A stretch of 64,000 bases of DNA. It comes from Eledone cirrhosa. Its lineage: Eukaryota. The notes under the pieces were generated by a model. That model was not told where the DNA came from. It was given only the letters and a program-made list of their open reading frames with translations, and did not search any database. Positions 12,100 to 23,900 of this stretch are shown piece by piece (the stretch's first letter is position 1; each line of letters begins with the position of its first letter). A program made the translations under genes and the position numbers. Location: NCBI GenBank assembly GCA_964016885.1, contig OZ024741.1, forward strand, positions 20,336,001-20,400,000. The letters run 5' to 3'.

Positions 12100-12368
12100 C
12101 TTGTTGAATATGGGTGATCACAACTTCGATACTATGGGCATGTGGTTAGAATGTCTCAGGAAAGACTCACTGGACAGATTTTACGGGCAAAACCAGCCAG
12201 CAAGCGAGCCAGTAAGAGAGCCAGCAGGATGGTTAGATGGTCTCGCTTGGGGATCAAGCCAGATAAGTTGGAGACAGCTGCTTCTTACAGGACCTGATGG
12301 AAGGAGGTTTTGAGGGCCCTTCCCCCGTGACCCTCTCAGGAATAAGTGGGTGACGAAGAAGAAGATGA
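12100..12368 (+). mobile_element. RTE-like LINE 3' fragment
   Basis: Homologous to 3950-4225; (GAA)n tail. Confidence 0.7.
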
Positions 12369-12509
12369 TCTGTGTTTTGACTGCGGCCATGCTGGGGCAC
12401 AAATTCCAAGGCATTTAGTCGAGTATATCGATGACAGTAGTTTTACTTCAAGTCTGGCACTTATTTTATCAAACTCATTTTCCTGAACTGCTAAGTATGG
12501 GGCATTTGT

Positions 12510-12592
<83 letters not shown>

Positions 12593-12595
<3 letters not shown>

Positions 12596-12998
12596 TAAGA
12601 GTGAGAAATGAAATTTCAATTTCCTTTTTTCCATTTATCATTTTCGGTACGCCCGGCCGACTAACTCACTCGATATGCAAATTAGGCTACTCAGCCGTTA
12701 ATATGCATAAGGAAAGTATATACTTTCAAACGTTCAATCGATTGACAGGAAGGTATACGGTGCTGATCATAGCTAATAAGCTTGAAACTAGTTCATCGTT
12801 CCTTTGTCAGTGTTGAACAAAAGGGCAACGATGGTTGCCGAACACTGTACGGCTTAATTCGGGCCGTTTGTTTACAAACAAACCGAGCATTATAATAAAT
12901 GTTCGGTAAACCCATATGTACATATATATATATGTGTACATGTATGTATATACATACTACTGTATGTCTGTATACATATATGTATGTACGTATACATA

Positions 12999-13003
<5 letters not shown>
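12593..13003 (+). mobile_element. Family B element, about one circularly permuted unit
   Basis: Starts TACTAAGAGTGAG and ends TATACATACTTATA, just upstream of its own start in the unit; degenerate hammerhead at 12757-12799 (CUGAUCA). Confidence 0.8.
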
Positions 13004-13039
<36 letters not shown>

Positions 13040-13181
13040 TTAGGTTAATAGGAGTAAGGTATTGTATACCCGTGTCCCATTAAGGTATTGGCAGCATAAT
13101 AATTAGCTCTATGCTTTGGAGCAGAGCCGTATATATGATAAAGAATACAAGAGCGTCTACAACATCAAAAGATTTTTATTG

Positions 13182-13226
13182 GCTTACAATGTTTCTTCCT
13201 TACGTAACCGTAGGATTCGTCAGAGC
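13182..13226 (-). ncRNA. Type I hammerhead ribozyme
   Basis: GCU CUGACGA A UCCUACG GUUA CGUAAGGA A GAAA CAUUG UA AGC; adjacent inverted repeat ~13256-13335 / ~13392-13469. Confidence 0.7.
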
Positions 13227-13469
13227 TATAAAAGGGCTTTGATTGGTGTTATGGACTCTACCAACCAAACATTCAAGAACAAAGAGTAAAGAGCAAAAGT
13301 AGGGGACGATAAGTCTAATTTTGGTGCGGGGGGGGGGTCCTTGTTTACTAGCTGTGGTCATATTCATGTAGTTAACAAGGACCCAAACCCCACCCTCCTG
13401 CACCAAAATTAGACTTATCGTCCCTTTACTCTCTTTACTCTTTCTTCTTGAATGTTTGGTTGGTAGAGA

Positions 13470-15098
13470 ACCCTCTACCAACAACAAGTTTCCTCCACCA
13501 TCTAACACCTTGACTCCTCCTGCCTCCTCTTTGCCATCGCTTCCCACCTCATCGTCCGCACCTCCCGCACCCCCTCCATCTACTTCCTCTCCAAACTCCA
13601 CAAACCCGACAACCCAGGCCGCCCCATCGTCTCCGCTTGCAACTGCCCCACTTAACTCATCTCCGCCTTTCTTGACTCCATCCTCGCCCCCCTCGTCACC
13701 ACCCTCCTCTCCCACATATCCAACACCAACCACGCCCTTCGCCTGTTCGACTACCTCACTTTCCCACCCGGCCCACACGCCCTCTACACAGTTATCCCCC
13801 ACGCCGACGGCCCCGGTGCCCTCCAGCACTACCTCGAACTTCGCCCCTCCCCCATCCCCTCCACCCTCCTTCGCTTCGCCTCGCCGAGCTGGTCCTCACC
13901 CTCAACTGCTTCTCCTTCTCGGGTGAGTTTTACCAACAGGTCACTGGGGTAGCCATGGGCACAAGAATGGGCCCAAACTATGCTAACCTTTTCGTTGGCC
14001 ATGTTGAGGCCCAAATCTTTGCCCAGTACACCGGCCCCACGCCCGAACTGTACGGTCGTTACATCGACGACTGTATCGGAGCCATGAGAACAGCTCGACT
14101 CCTTTCTCTCCTTCTTCTGCTCCTTCCACCCCTCCCTCCACTTCACCACCTCTATCTCCACCACCCACATCCACTTCTTGGACATCTCCGTCACCTTCGA
14201 CCCCACTCACCACTCCCTCGTCACCTCCGCCTTCTTCAAAGCCACCGACTCCCACTCCTACCTCGACTTCACCTCTTCCCACCCTACACACACCAAACAC
14301 TCCATTCCTTACACCCAACTCTTCCGGATCCGCCGCCTCTGCAGCCGAGATGCTGACTTCGAATCCCAGGCCCTTTCCCTAGTCAGCCATTTCATCCGGA
14401 GAGGTTACCCCCCCCCCCCCTCTCGTCCAACCGCCCTCATCCCATGCCACCGCACACCCACCCACCGTCTCCCCTTCCCCATCACCTATCACCCCTCCAC
14501 CCTCCGCCTCCAGTCCGACCCCTCCACCTCCCCCATTTTCCCATCCCACCCCTCCCCTCCTTCAAACGCGCGCATAATCTCCGCTCCCTCCTCGTCCGCA
14601 GCTCCCTACCCCCCAACCCACGCTCTCCCTCCCCCCTCCCGGTTCCCTTCCCTGCTCCAGGCCTCGCTGCCACACCTGCACCCACATCACCAACACCACC
14701 ACCTTCCAGATTCCCAACGGTCTGTTCGGCACGCCTTCCGCTGCACCTCCTTCAACCTCGTCTATGGACTTCGCTGTACGGAGTGTAGCGCAACCTACGT
14801 CGGACAGACTGGACGTCGCCTGGCGGATCGGTTCACGGAGCACCTCCGCGATATTCGTCTCGGGGGGAGTTCCCCCATCACCCGCCACTTTGGCTCCCCT
14901 GGACATTCCGCCCACCACCTCACAGTCTGTTGCCTGATCCAATGCCATGGGACACCCGCCTCACGGTCGAACAACACACCATCTTCACCCTACAGATCCA
15001 CACACACCCGGCCTGAACTCCTCACCCCTATTCCTTTAGCCTTCGACCCCTCCCCCCATACACATCCCCCACTAACACTCCTCAGTTTAACCTATTGA
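13470..15098 (+). pseudogene. Frameshifted C-rich Neptune-like PLE (RT + GIY-YIG)
   Basis: KLHKPDNPGRPIVS, GVAMGTRMGPNYANLF, YGRYIDD, TDSHSYLDFTSSHP, NLVYGLRC..C.ATYVGQTGRRLADRFTEH. Confidence 0.9.
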
Positions 15099-15348
15099 CC
15101 TTGTTTTCTCCACTTTTTCAATGTTATATATACAGTATATATACAGTATATATATATATATACACTGAAGGATGTTATTGTTAATGTTACTCGGACGTAG
15201 CAGGAAACAAAATATCTAGCTATACACACAAACACAATTGCTGTACTGTTGCATTTTAGGGATTGTCACATGAATAATAGGAACTCCCTCTAAATATTGA
15301 ACAGAACAGGTAACAATTGCTACTATCCACCTTCCCTAAACTCGTGGC

Positions 15349-15614
15349 CCAATCACGTGATGACCCTCAGCCAATCAAATACTTTAAACTTGAGTCACTT
15401 TTCTACAAAAACCTGAAAGGACCATGACACTCCCAATGTTTTGGCGCGGAATTACCTAATCACGTGATTTATTTCCTTCCTATCATACAATCTCGATTTG
15501 ATAAAGATAAAATATCATTAAATATAAAATATATATATATATATATTATTGAATGGTGGAAATATGAAACAGGAAGATAAAAATAAAACTAAGTAATGGA
15601 CAGAGGGGGCGGGG
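15349..15614. promoter_or_regulatory. Promoter-like motif cluster
   Basis: CCAAT x3, TCACGTGA x2, TGAGTCA, TTTTGGCGCGGAA, GGGGGCGGGG. Confidence 0.35.
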
Positions 15615-15656
15615 TAAAGTAGGGCAGAGCTGGTTGTATGAGAGAGTAGAGGAAAA

Positions 15657-15983
15657 TGTGTGAGAGAGAGACAGAGTGTGTGAGAGAGAGTGTGTGTCAG
15701 AGAGAGAGAGAGAGAGAGAGTGTGTGTGAGAGAGAGACAGTGTGTGTGAGAGAGAGAGAGACAGTGTGTGTGTGAGAGAGAGACAGAGAGTGTGGGAGAG
15801 AGAGAGAGACAGTGCGTGTGTGAGAGAGAGACAGAGAGTGTGAGAGAGAGAGAGAGAGACAGTGCGTGTGTGAGAGAGAGACAGTGTGTGTGAGAGAGAG
15901 AGAGACAGAGTGTGTGTCAGAGAGAGAGGGAGAGAGACAGTGTGTGTGAGAGAGAGACAGTGTGTGTGTGAGAGAGAGAGACA

Positions 15984-16015
<32 letters not shown>

Positions 16016-16059
16016 GTGTGAGAGAGAGAGAGACAGTGTGTGTGAGAGAGAGAGAGACA

Positions 16060-16093
<34 letters not shown>

Positions 16094-16571
16094 CAGTGTG
16101 TGTGTGAGAGAGAGAGAGAGACAGTGCGTGTGAGAGAGAGAGACAGAGAGTGTGAGAGAGAGAGAGACAGTGCGTGTGTGAGAGAGAGACAGTGTGTGTG
16201 AGAGAGAGAGAGACAGAGTGTGTGAGAGAGAGTGTGTGTCAGAGAGAGAGAGAGAGAGAGACAGTGTGTGTGAGAGAGAGACAGTGTGTGTGTGAGAGAG
16301 AGAGACAGTGTGTGTGTGTGAGAGAGACAGAGAGTGTGAGAGAGAGAGACAGTGTGTGTGTGAGAGAGAGACAGAGAGTGTGAGAGAGAGAGAGAGACAG
16401 TGCGTGTGAGAGAGAGACAGTGTGTGTGTGAGAGAGAGAGACAGTGTGTGTGTGAGAGAGAGAGAGAGAGAGACAGTGTGTGTGAGAGAGAGACAGAGAG
16501 TGTGTGAGAGAGAGAGAGACAGTGTGTGTGTGAGAGAGAGAGAGACAGTGTGTGTGTGAGAGAGAGAGACA

Positions 16572-16607
<36 letters not shown>

Positions 16608-16915
16608 CAGTGTGTGTGAGAGAGAGACAGAGAGTGTGAGAGAGAGAGAGACAGTGTGTGTGTGAGAGAGAGAGAGGGAGATACAGTGTGTGTGAGAGAG
16701 AGACAGAGAGTGTGAGAGAGAGAGAGACAGTGTGTGTGTGAGAGAGAGACAGAGAGTGTGAGAGAGAGAGAGAGACAGTGCGTGTGAGAGAGAGACAGTG
16801 TGTGTGTGAGAGAGAGAGAGACAGTGTGTGTGTGAGAGAGAGAGACAGTGTGTGTGTGAGTGAGAGAGAGAGAGAGACAGTGTGTGTGAGAGAGAGAGAG
16901 AGACAGTGCGTGTGT
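15657..16915. repeat. Compound (GA)n/(GT)n microsatellite array
   Basis: Repeating (GA)nCA(GT)n units. Confidence 0.95.
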
Positions 16916-16924
16916 CTCCTGGAA

Positions 16925-17260
16925 GCAGCATAGCCGAATGGCTAAGAAATTCGATTGCCAATCATTAAGTTTGGTGTTCGATGACAACCTGGTAGCTTGG
17001 GAATATGTGATTTACCAGGGCCTCTCATTGATCCAAGCATTGTGATTGATATTGTGTAGCCAGAAACTGTTTAGAAGCCCATCTGATGAACTGTACCTGT
17101 AATTCAAAGAGTCAGCCTTATCACACAGTGTCACGTTGAATCTCCCTGAGAATTACATTAAGGCTACACATGTCAGTGGACAGTTCAGTCATTTATACAT
17201 TAATTTCATGAGCACACTGTTTGTTCCATTGCATCACTCATCGTCGTAAACGACTGAGGT
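16925..17260 (+). mobile_element. Longer tRNA-derived SINE (decayed)
   Basis: TAGCCGAATGGCTAAG head; body shared with 11659 and 28655. Confidence 0.65.
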
Positions 17261-17559
17261 TTATACCTTATGTTCATTATTTTTACTGTTGTAAAGCGAC
17301 GTCGAGTTGGACCCCTTTATACCAATGCGTAACTTAGTAATTTGATAAAATAAGTACTCTCGGGTCCCAAATAATAGGGGGATAAGCGGAGGAGTAGAAA
17401 TAAACGAGGAGGAATTGGTATTTTTTTTAGGTTGTCTCCGTTGGTATTTTTTTTTTAAACCAGAATTAGTCGTTTAGTTTAAATATTGAGATCCCAACCC
17501 ATTCTATTTATTATATAACATATGGGATTTCTAGTAATGTATTTGTTTTATTATGTATA

Positions 17560-17846
17560 ATGTACGGGAGCCTCCCAAAAGTCAGCTCGACCGAAACAGC
17601 GAGGAGACTGAGGTTAGTTGGACATGCTCACCGACATTCAGAGTTGACACTGCACTCAGTGCTTCTGTGGGAGCTCCTACATGGACACACTAAAAGAGGG
17701 AGACCGAGGTTGACGTATGTTGATGCCCTAAGGACAAACACTGGTCTCTTGGAGATGCAGGATATGGCGGCAATGATGAAGGACAGAGACCGCTGGAGAA
17801 AACTCGTCCATGGTTCTCGGTAATTTTACCCGCCCTAGATAGATAG
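17560..17846 (+). mobile_element. RTE-like LINE 3' fragment
   Basis: RRLRLVGHAHRH...LLWE...KRGRPRLTYVD...DRDRWRK; (TAGA)n tail. Confidence 0.8.
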
Positions 17847-18510
17847 AATATTTTTTAATGTATAAAGGAAATTAATAGTCGCAGGAATGCTGTTAGCTGT
17901 TAGCTGTATCATGCCTCCCTCTACTGGCACGTAAATAAACCCCTCCTGTGTGAATTAATAGTATTCGTTTGGTATAGACAATGGCCTGTCGAAGATGGTA
18001 GACTTCCCGTTAACACACCCGAAGCCTATGGCAGTCACGTTCCTAGAGTACTCGGAAAAATTAATTTCCATTTTTTTCGCTAGACGATACCACTCGAAAC
18101 TGGCTGACACGTGGTTAGGAGGTGCTGGCTGGCATTTACAATCGAAGGCTTTAATCTTTACTCTATACCCCCACCTTGATAACTTATAGGGATTCCCAAT
18201 AATACACTTAAACTTTTTCATATAAGACTCTATCTGTAGTTTCATTAAATAAATCCCGCAACACAAACCTTTAATTTTCTATTAATTTTCTAATTATTTT
18301 AAAAATTTCTTTTAACTCTTAATTTTTTAAACTTTTAATTTAATTTCATCCTTTAACTCTTAACATAAGTTAACGTTCCAATTTTCGGTTCACACATTTG
18401 ACCATACAGACACCCATTATATATGCCTTTGTTAAAATATAGGTTCTTTGGAATAACATTTTTCGCAGCGTTTTCTTGCCTGACTGTAGTGTGACCCTTA
18501 CGCTGACTTT

Positions 18511-18587
<77 letters not shown>

Positions 18588-18783
18588 TCTTTTTTTATTC
18601 TCTGGCGGAGAGGTGGTAGTACACTATAAGCCTTCGCCTCTTCACCAGATGGTCATTAGTAGACTGAATAGCCATCACTTGAGGGCGACTGACCGAGGTG
18701 AAAACAGCTAGTTTGTCAGTCGTCCTCTCTGTCTCTGATTTTCGGACCCATGGATTTTTATATATTCCTTTGTTATATTTCGA

Positions 18784-18841
18784 ATACCTGATGATATCAC
18801 CGGATTCATACGGAACCCGGTCATTGAAATGATCATAGTAT
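18784..18841 (+). ncRNA. Type I hammerhead ribozyme
   Basis: AUAC CUGAUGA ...ACCGG..CCGGU... GAAA UGAUCA UA GUAU. Confidence 0.75.
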
Positions 18842-19750
18842 AATAAACTTTACTTTTCAAGGATTTACACCAGCCCAGCCTCCTGTTATTTTATTCATAA
18901 TAATGAACTCCGTATTCGCACCACCAACTACACAAACGAAGACGGATGAACTGCACTACGTTGAGTACTTTCCATAATATTGCATTAAGATTGACCATAC
19001 GGAATGACCAATTCTATCCGGTGGTGAACCAACAAACCTAAATAAAAAAAATATATATATATACATATATATATATATTTGAAAAGGGAAGTAAGGTTAT
19101 AAAGAAAAGGTGAAGTTGGAAATAGCACAGAAAATATATTTTAGGGTCTGTTTTTCTTTTTTTTTCTTTCTTTGATTCGTCAAAGGGACATTATTGAAAA
19201 GATGAGAGGGACAATTCTTTTTTTTTTTAATGTTATAATGTATATAAAGTATATAAAGTATTACCGGTTTCGATGTATTAGTAAAATTCATCTGATCAAA
19301 TGTTATATATACATATATATATATAAGCAGTGGAATTGATTGACCAATTACTTTTGTTAATTGCTTTATTTATTTGTTTTCTTTCTCTAAGTCTTAAATT
19401 TTGTCAATTATCAATGTTTTAAATAAAATTTCAATCAATATTTTAGATTTTAGATTTTATTTCGACTTTATAATAAATTTTCGACTAAAAAAAATTAATT
19501 TGCTTTTTTTGATCAAAATAAGTTGTTTTTTTCTGTCATTTCTAGGACATTTTAAACTTTCAAAGACTTTTGGACTTTTTACCAAAACTATTGCCCTAAT
19601 AATCACATGTGCCTCTCTGCGCATGTATATTGGTATATAATTAAGACTGGGTAAAGTTGATTGATTTAGACTCGTTCAAAATTTAGATCTTAATTGTGTG
19701 AGGAGACCCAGGGGTAGACCCCGTGCAAGATGTTTGGATAACATCCATAT

Positions 19751-19774
19751 ATATATACACGCAAACACACACAC

Positions 19775-19814
<40 letters not shown>

Positions 19815-19834
19815 GCAAACACACACACACACAC

Positions 19835-19905
<71 letters not shown>

Positions 19906-19934
19906 TATATACACGCAAACACACACACACACAC

Positions 19935-20007
<73 letters not shown>

Positions 20008-20036
20008 TATATACACGCAAACACACACACACACAC

Positions 20037-20094
<58 letters not shown>

Positions 20095-20114
20095 GCAAAC
20101 ACACACACACACAC

Positions 20115-20186
<72 letters not shown>

Positions 20187-20215
20187 TATATACACGCAAA
20201 CACACACACACACAC

Positions 20216-20267
<52 letters not shown>

Positions 20268-20296
20268 TATATACACGCAAACACACACACACACAC

Positions 20297-20346
<50 letters not shown>

Positions 20347-20359
20347 TATATACACGCAA

Positions 20360-20427
<68 letters not shown>
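19751..20427. repeat. Compound array (TA)n-ACACGCAAAC(AC)nCCAT, 8 units
   Basis: Directly visible; two more units at 25660-25830. Confidence 0.9.
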
Positions 20428-20435
<8 letters not shown>

Positions 20436-20649
20436 ATATTTGGGGAGGGTCATATTTGCGTAATATTGCCAGAATTAATAACAGAACACACTCACTGTTT
20501 GGTTGGTTTTCGCTTCTCGCTGTCTTTTATATATATATATCTGCGATCTAACTTACTCGGTCCTCAATGTTGCCATTGACTGACCGGCGGTCAAAAATAA
20601 TACAGATACAATATAGACAAACACATATATATATAGTTTACATAATTTA

Positions 20650-20690
20650 CATAAATCTTTCGTTGCACATCTGCAACATCGTCAGTGGTG
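20650..20690 (-). ncRNA. Minimal hammerhead-like motif in the 3' pLTR
   Basis: CUGACGA U GUUGCA GAUG UGCAAC GAAA GAUU UA; stem I is weak. Confidence 0.6.
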
Positions 20691-20967
20691 TTATATTCAT
20701 TGTTCCTCCTGTTGTGTTGTATGTCTACGCCATTTTTTTTTTTTTTGTTCAGTCTGTCTATATATTTATTTATTTATTTGCTTGTTTGTTTATCTTATTT
20801 TATTTTGTCTTCTTTGCGCATGCGTTTGCGTGTGTGTATAGTGTTATGTGTGATGTGTGACTAGTGTGTATAGTGTTGTGTCTGCTGGGTGACTAGTGTG
20901 TGTTTATGTGCTTGTGTATGTATTTATTTATCTTATTTTATTCATTTAATTTAATTTACTTATTTAT

Positions 20968-23900
20968 TTATACTTCTCTTAGGTCAGTGTTGTTTGTTTG
21001 GGTGTTGTTGTTGTTCCACTCATTCTTTCTGTTTAGCTTTGGTCTTCTAATTTCTATTTCACTGGCCTCTCTGATTTGCCTATCTGCTGGGTCATTCCTA
21101 TGTTTAGATATTATTCTAATTTCTATGTTGTCTATGTTACCGTCATGTTGTTGTCTAGCATGTTCGTATAGTACTGACCCGTTTTTTTGTCCTTTTAGTT
21201 CCCCCCAGTGTTGGTCTATCCTTTCACCTATGCTACGAGCTGTCTCACCTATGTATGTTGTTGTCGTGTTTCTGCAAGTACCCTCTGTACATCTTATGCT
21301 ATAGACTACGTTTCTAGTTTTACAGTTTATCCGGGGGTTCACCTTACATATGATACATTTCCTATTGGTACAGTGGGTTTTCTTAAAAGGGTAGGTTTTG
21401 CTGATCAGGGATTTTATGGTGGTTCCTGGCTTTTCTACCACCTTTATTTTTAAGTGGGTCTTTCTCAGGGCCTTTCTACACTGGTTAGCTAATTTCCCTC
21501 CAGGGGTGGCGTCCACAAACATGACACTCTGATATCTCTGGTTGTCGTACCATGATGTGGCCTTCCCTATCTTATGTCTAGCCCTATCTAAGCTATTCCA
21601 TGATTTGCTCCTGTATAGTGGGCAAATTCCTTTCATGTCCAGTTCTATGAGGGTCTTATACTTTTCCATGGCTCCTTCGTATACTCTGACTCTGTCTCTT
21701 TGGTTGTAGCCAGAGAACTGCATGCGGTTGATGAAGTGTTGGATGTGTCCTTCCATTTCTGTTGGGTCGCACATGCTGGACACATTCTTCATCACTCGTA
21801 CCAAATCTGCGATCAGAATATTAAACTTAGCACTACTGGACATTGCTGAGTTTTTGAGTATCAGGTATTTGGAGGCCATGGGTTTAGCATAGTGTGAGTG
21901 GAGAATTTGGGCTCTCTCGTCTATAGTGTTAATCCAGAGTTCTGTGTCTAATACAGGTAGTCTATTGTTAGGGTGTTTGGAAGGGAAGTCTATAGTTACA
22001 GTTATACTCTGGTGTATGGAATTAGCTATCTGCTGGATGCTTTCCATCGTGCTACGTTCTAAATCAAACTTGTTAGTGCTCTCTAGTGGGGGTGTTCTTA
22101 TAACTATATTGATATCGTCTACATAACGAGAGTACATGATGAGGTCTATGGAGCTTTCATTAAGGAGGAGATCTTTAAGTCTCCTTTCCCACCATACCAT
22201 GAAAAGGTTGGCAACATCACCAGCTATGCTGACGCCGATGGCTGCTCCCTCATTTTGGGTGTAGATTTTCTCATTGAACTTAAATATGTGGCCCTTTAGG
22301 GTAGTTTTGATACTAGCCCCTATTGCATGTGCGACCATTTTTCTTACCTGATCAGTGTTTTGGGGGGTCCGTATAGCTTTGGTCCACCCAATCCACCTTC
22401 CTATGGGAGTCTTTTTAGCCATTGAGGTTATGGTGGGGGGTCTACCTCTTATAGGTCTACTAGGGCAGAAACATCTAAGGTCATGGCTGTCTAGGTAGTC
22501 AGTGTCGTAGGTAAGTCTAAGTAGGAGGCCCAGTTCGTCTGTGTCGACGTCGCAGAACTCCACCTCACTCTCAATGATCATCTCCACACATCTTTTCACA
22601 GCAAAATCAATGTTAATGGATGGGTACAGTGACACCACATCCATGCTGCCTATTATGCAGTTGGATAGGCTCCTGTTTTTGTTGCACTCACTGATTCTGC
22701 TGAGGAGGTCCTCTGTACTTTCACATACATCTGGGGACATCTTGATTATGGGGCGTATAACCATTGAGAGGAAGTAGGAGATCCTGTAGTTGCTAGCTAT
22801 ATTAGCTCCGCATACGGGTCTTGTTGGTGGTCCTGTTGTCGGGTCGTCGACTGTCTTGTGGTCTTTGCGGAGCCCATACAAGGGTGGTATGCCATTGTTA
22901 GACGCCTGGAAGTTGTTGGCAGTGCGTCTGCTTGGCTTTAGGATGTCAGTCCACATCATCATGTGAGCGTTGAGGATTTTTTCTCTCCCATCGTGTGTTA
23001 GTTGTGCAACTTCGCTCGTGTTGGTGATGTGGGGTTGCATTGCCTCGATGTAGTTCGGCATGCTATCTATTGACATCCTACCAGACTTATCTGTGGGTAG
23101 ACACACTACCTCACCATCCCTTGTGCGCTGCTTGAGGCTAACCAAGCCTTCTACAGGTTTTATCCCAAGTTGTTGGGCCTCTGGTCTGCTCTGTCTCATA
23201 GTGTACCTGTCTACTACTTGTCTAATCTTATTTCTAGCTATGGTGAACTGTGCCTCCGTCTCGTCATCTATTTGCTGTGGTATGCAAACTCTTTTATTAA
23301 AGGGTAACCTCGTAGGATAGATATTACCCATCTTATATGTTTTGTCAGCTGGGTTGAAAAATAGTTTCTCTAAGGGGTTGTCGTTATTTCTATCGTCATA
23401 GTTGTGTGTGTTGCTATTATTGTTATCATGGTGGTTGTTGTTGTTTCTATCATTAGCATTAATATTATTATTGTTATGATTGCTAGATGTATTGTTGTTT
23501 ACTTCACCGTTATTGTTGTTGTTGTTACTGCTATTTCTACCATTGTGGTTGTTACTATTATTATGTTTCTTGTTTTTGTTGATGTTGCTACATGTACTAT
23601 TTCCATTATTACCACTGTGGTTATTGTTGTTGTTGTTGTTCGTATTGTTACCGTTATTACTACTGTGGTCACTGTTGCTGTGTCTGTGGTTAACGTTTCT
23701 ATTATTATTATTATTGTGGTTGTTGTTGTTCTGTCTATCGCTAGTATTATTACTATTATCACTATTTCTCACTTTCCTGCCATTGTTATGGTTATGGCTG
23801 TTATTTCTATACCCAGAGTTATTGTTTATATTACTACTACCGTTATTATTGTTGTTGTTGTTTACCTTTGCATTCCAACGTATTTTTGTGAAACACTTTT

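Noticed and set aside
13200-13926. Pro/Ser-rich and Gly/Val/Glu-rich ORFs
   Set aside because: Alternative frames or antisense of the C-rich Neptune-like RT pseudogene.
17955-18266. Naiad-like PLE C-terminus (KFKCIIGNP...GY)
   Set aside because: The resemblance is too short and degenerate to call without an HMM search.
19676-20453. Long YI/CV/HT/SL/V-rich ORFs here and throughout the window
   Set aside because: They are translations of (TA)n, (CA)n, (GA)n and (GGT)n microsatellites.
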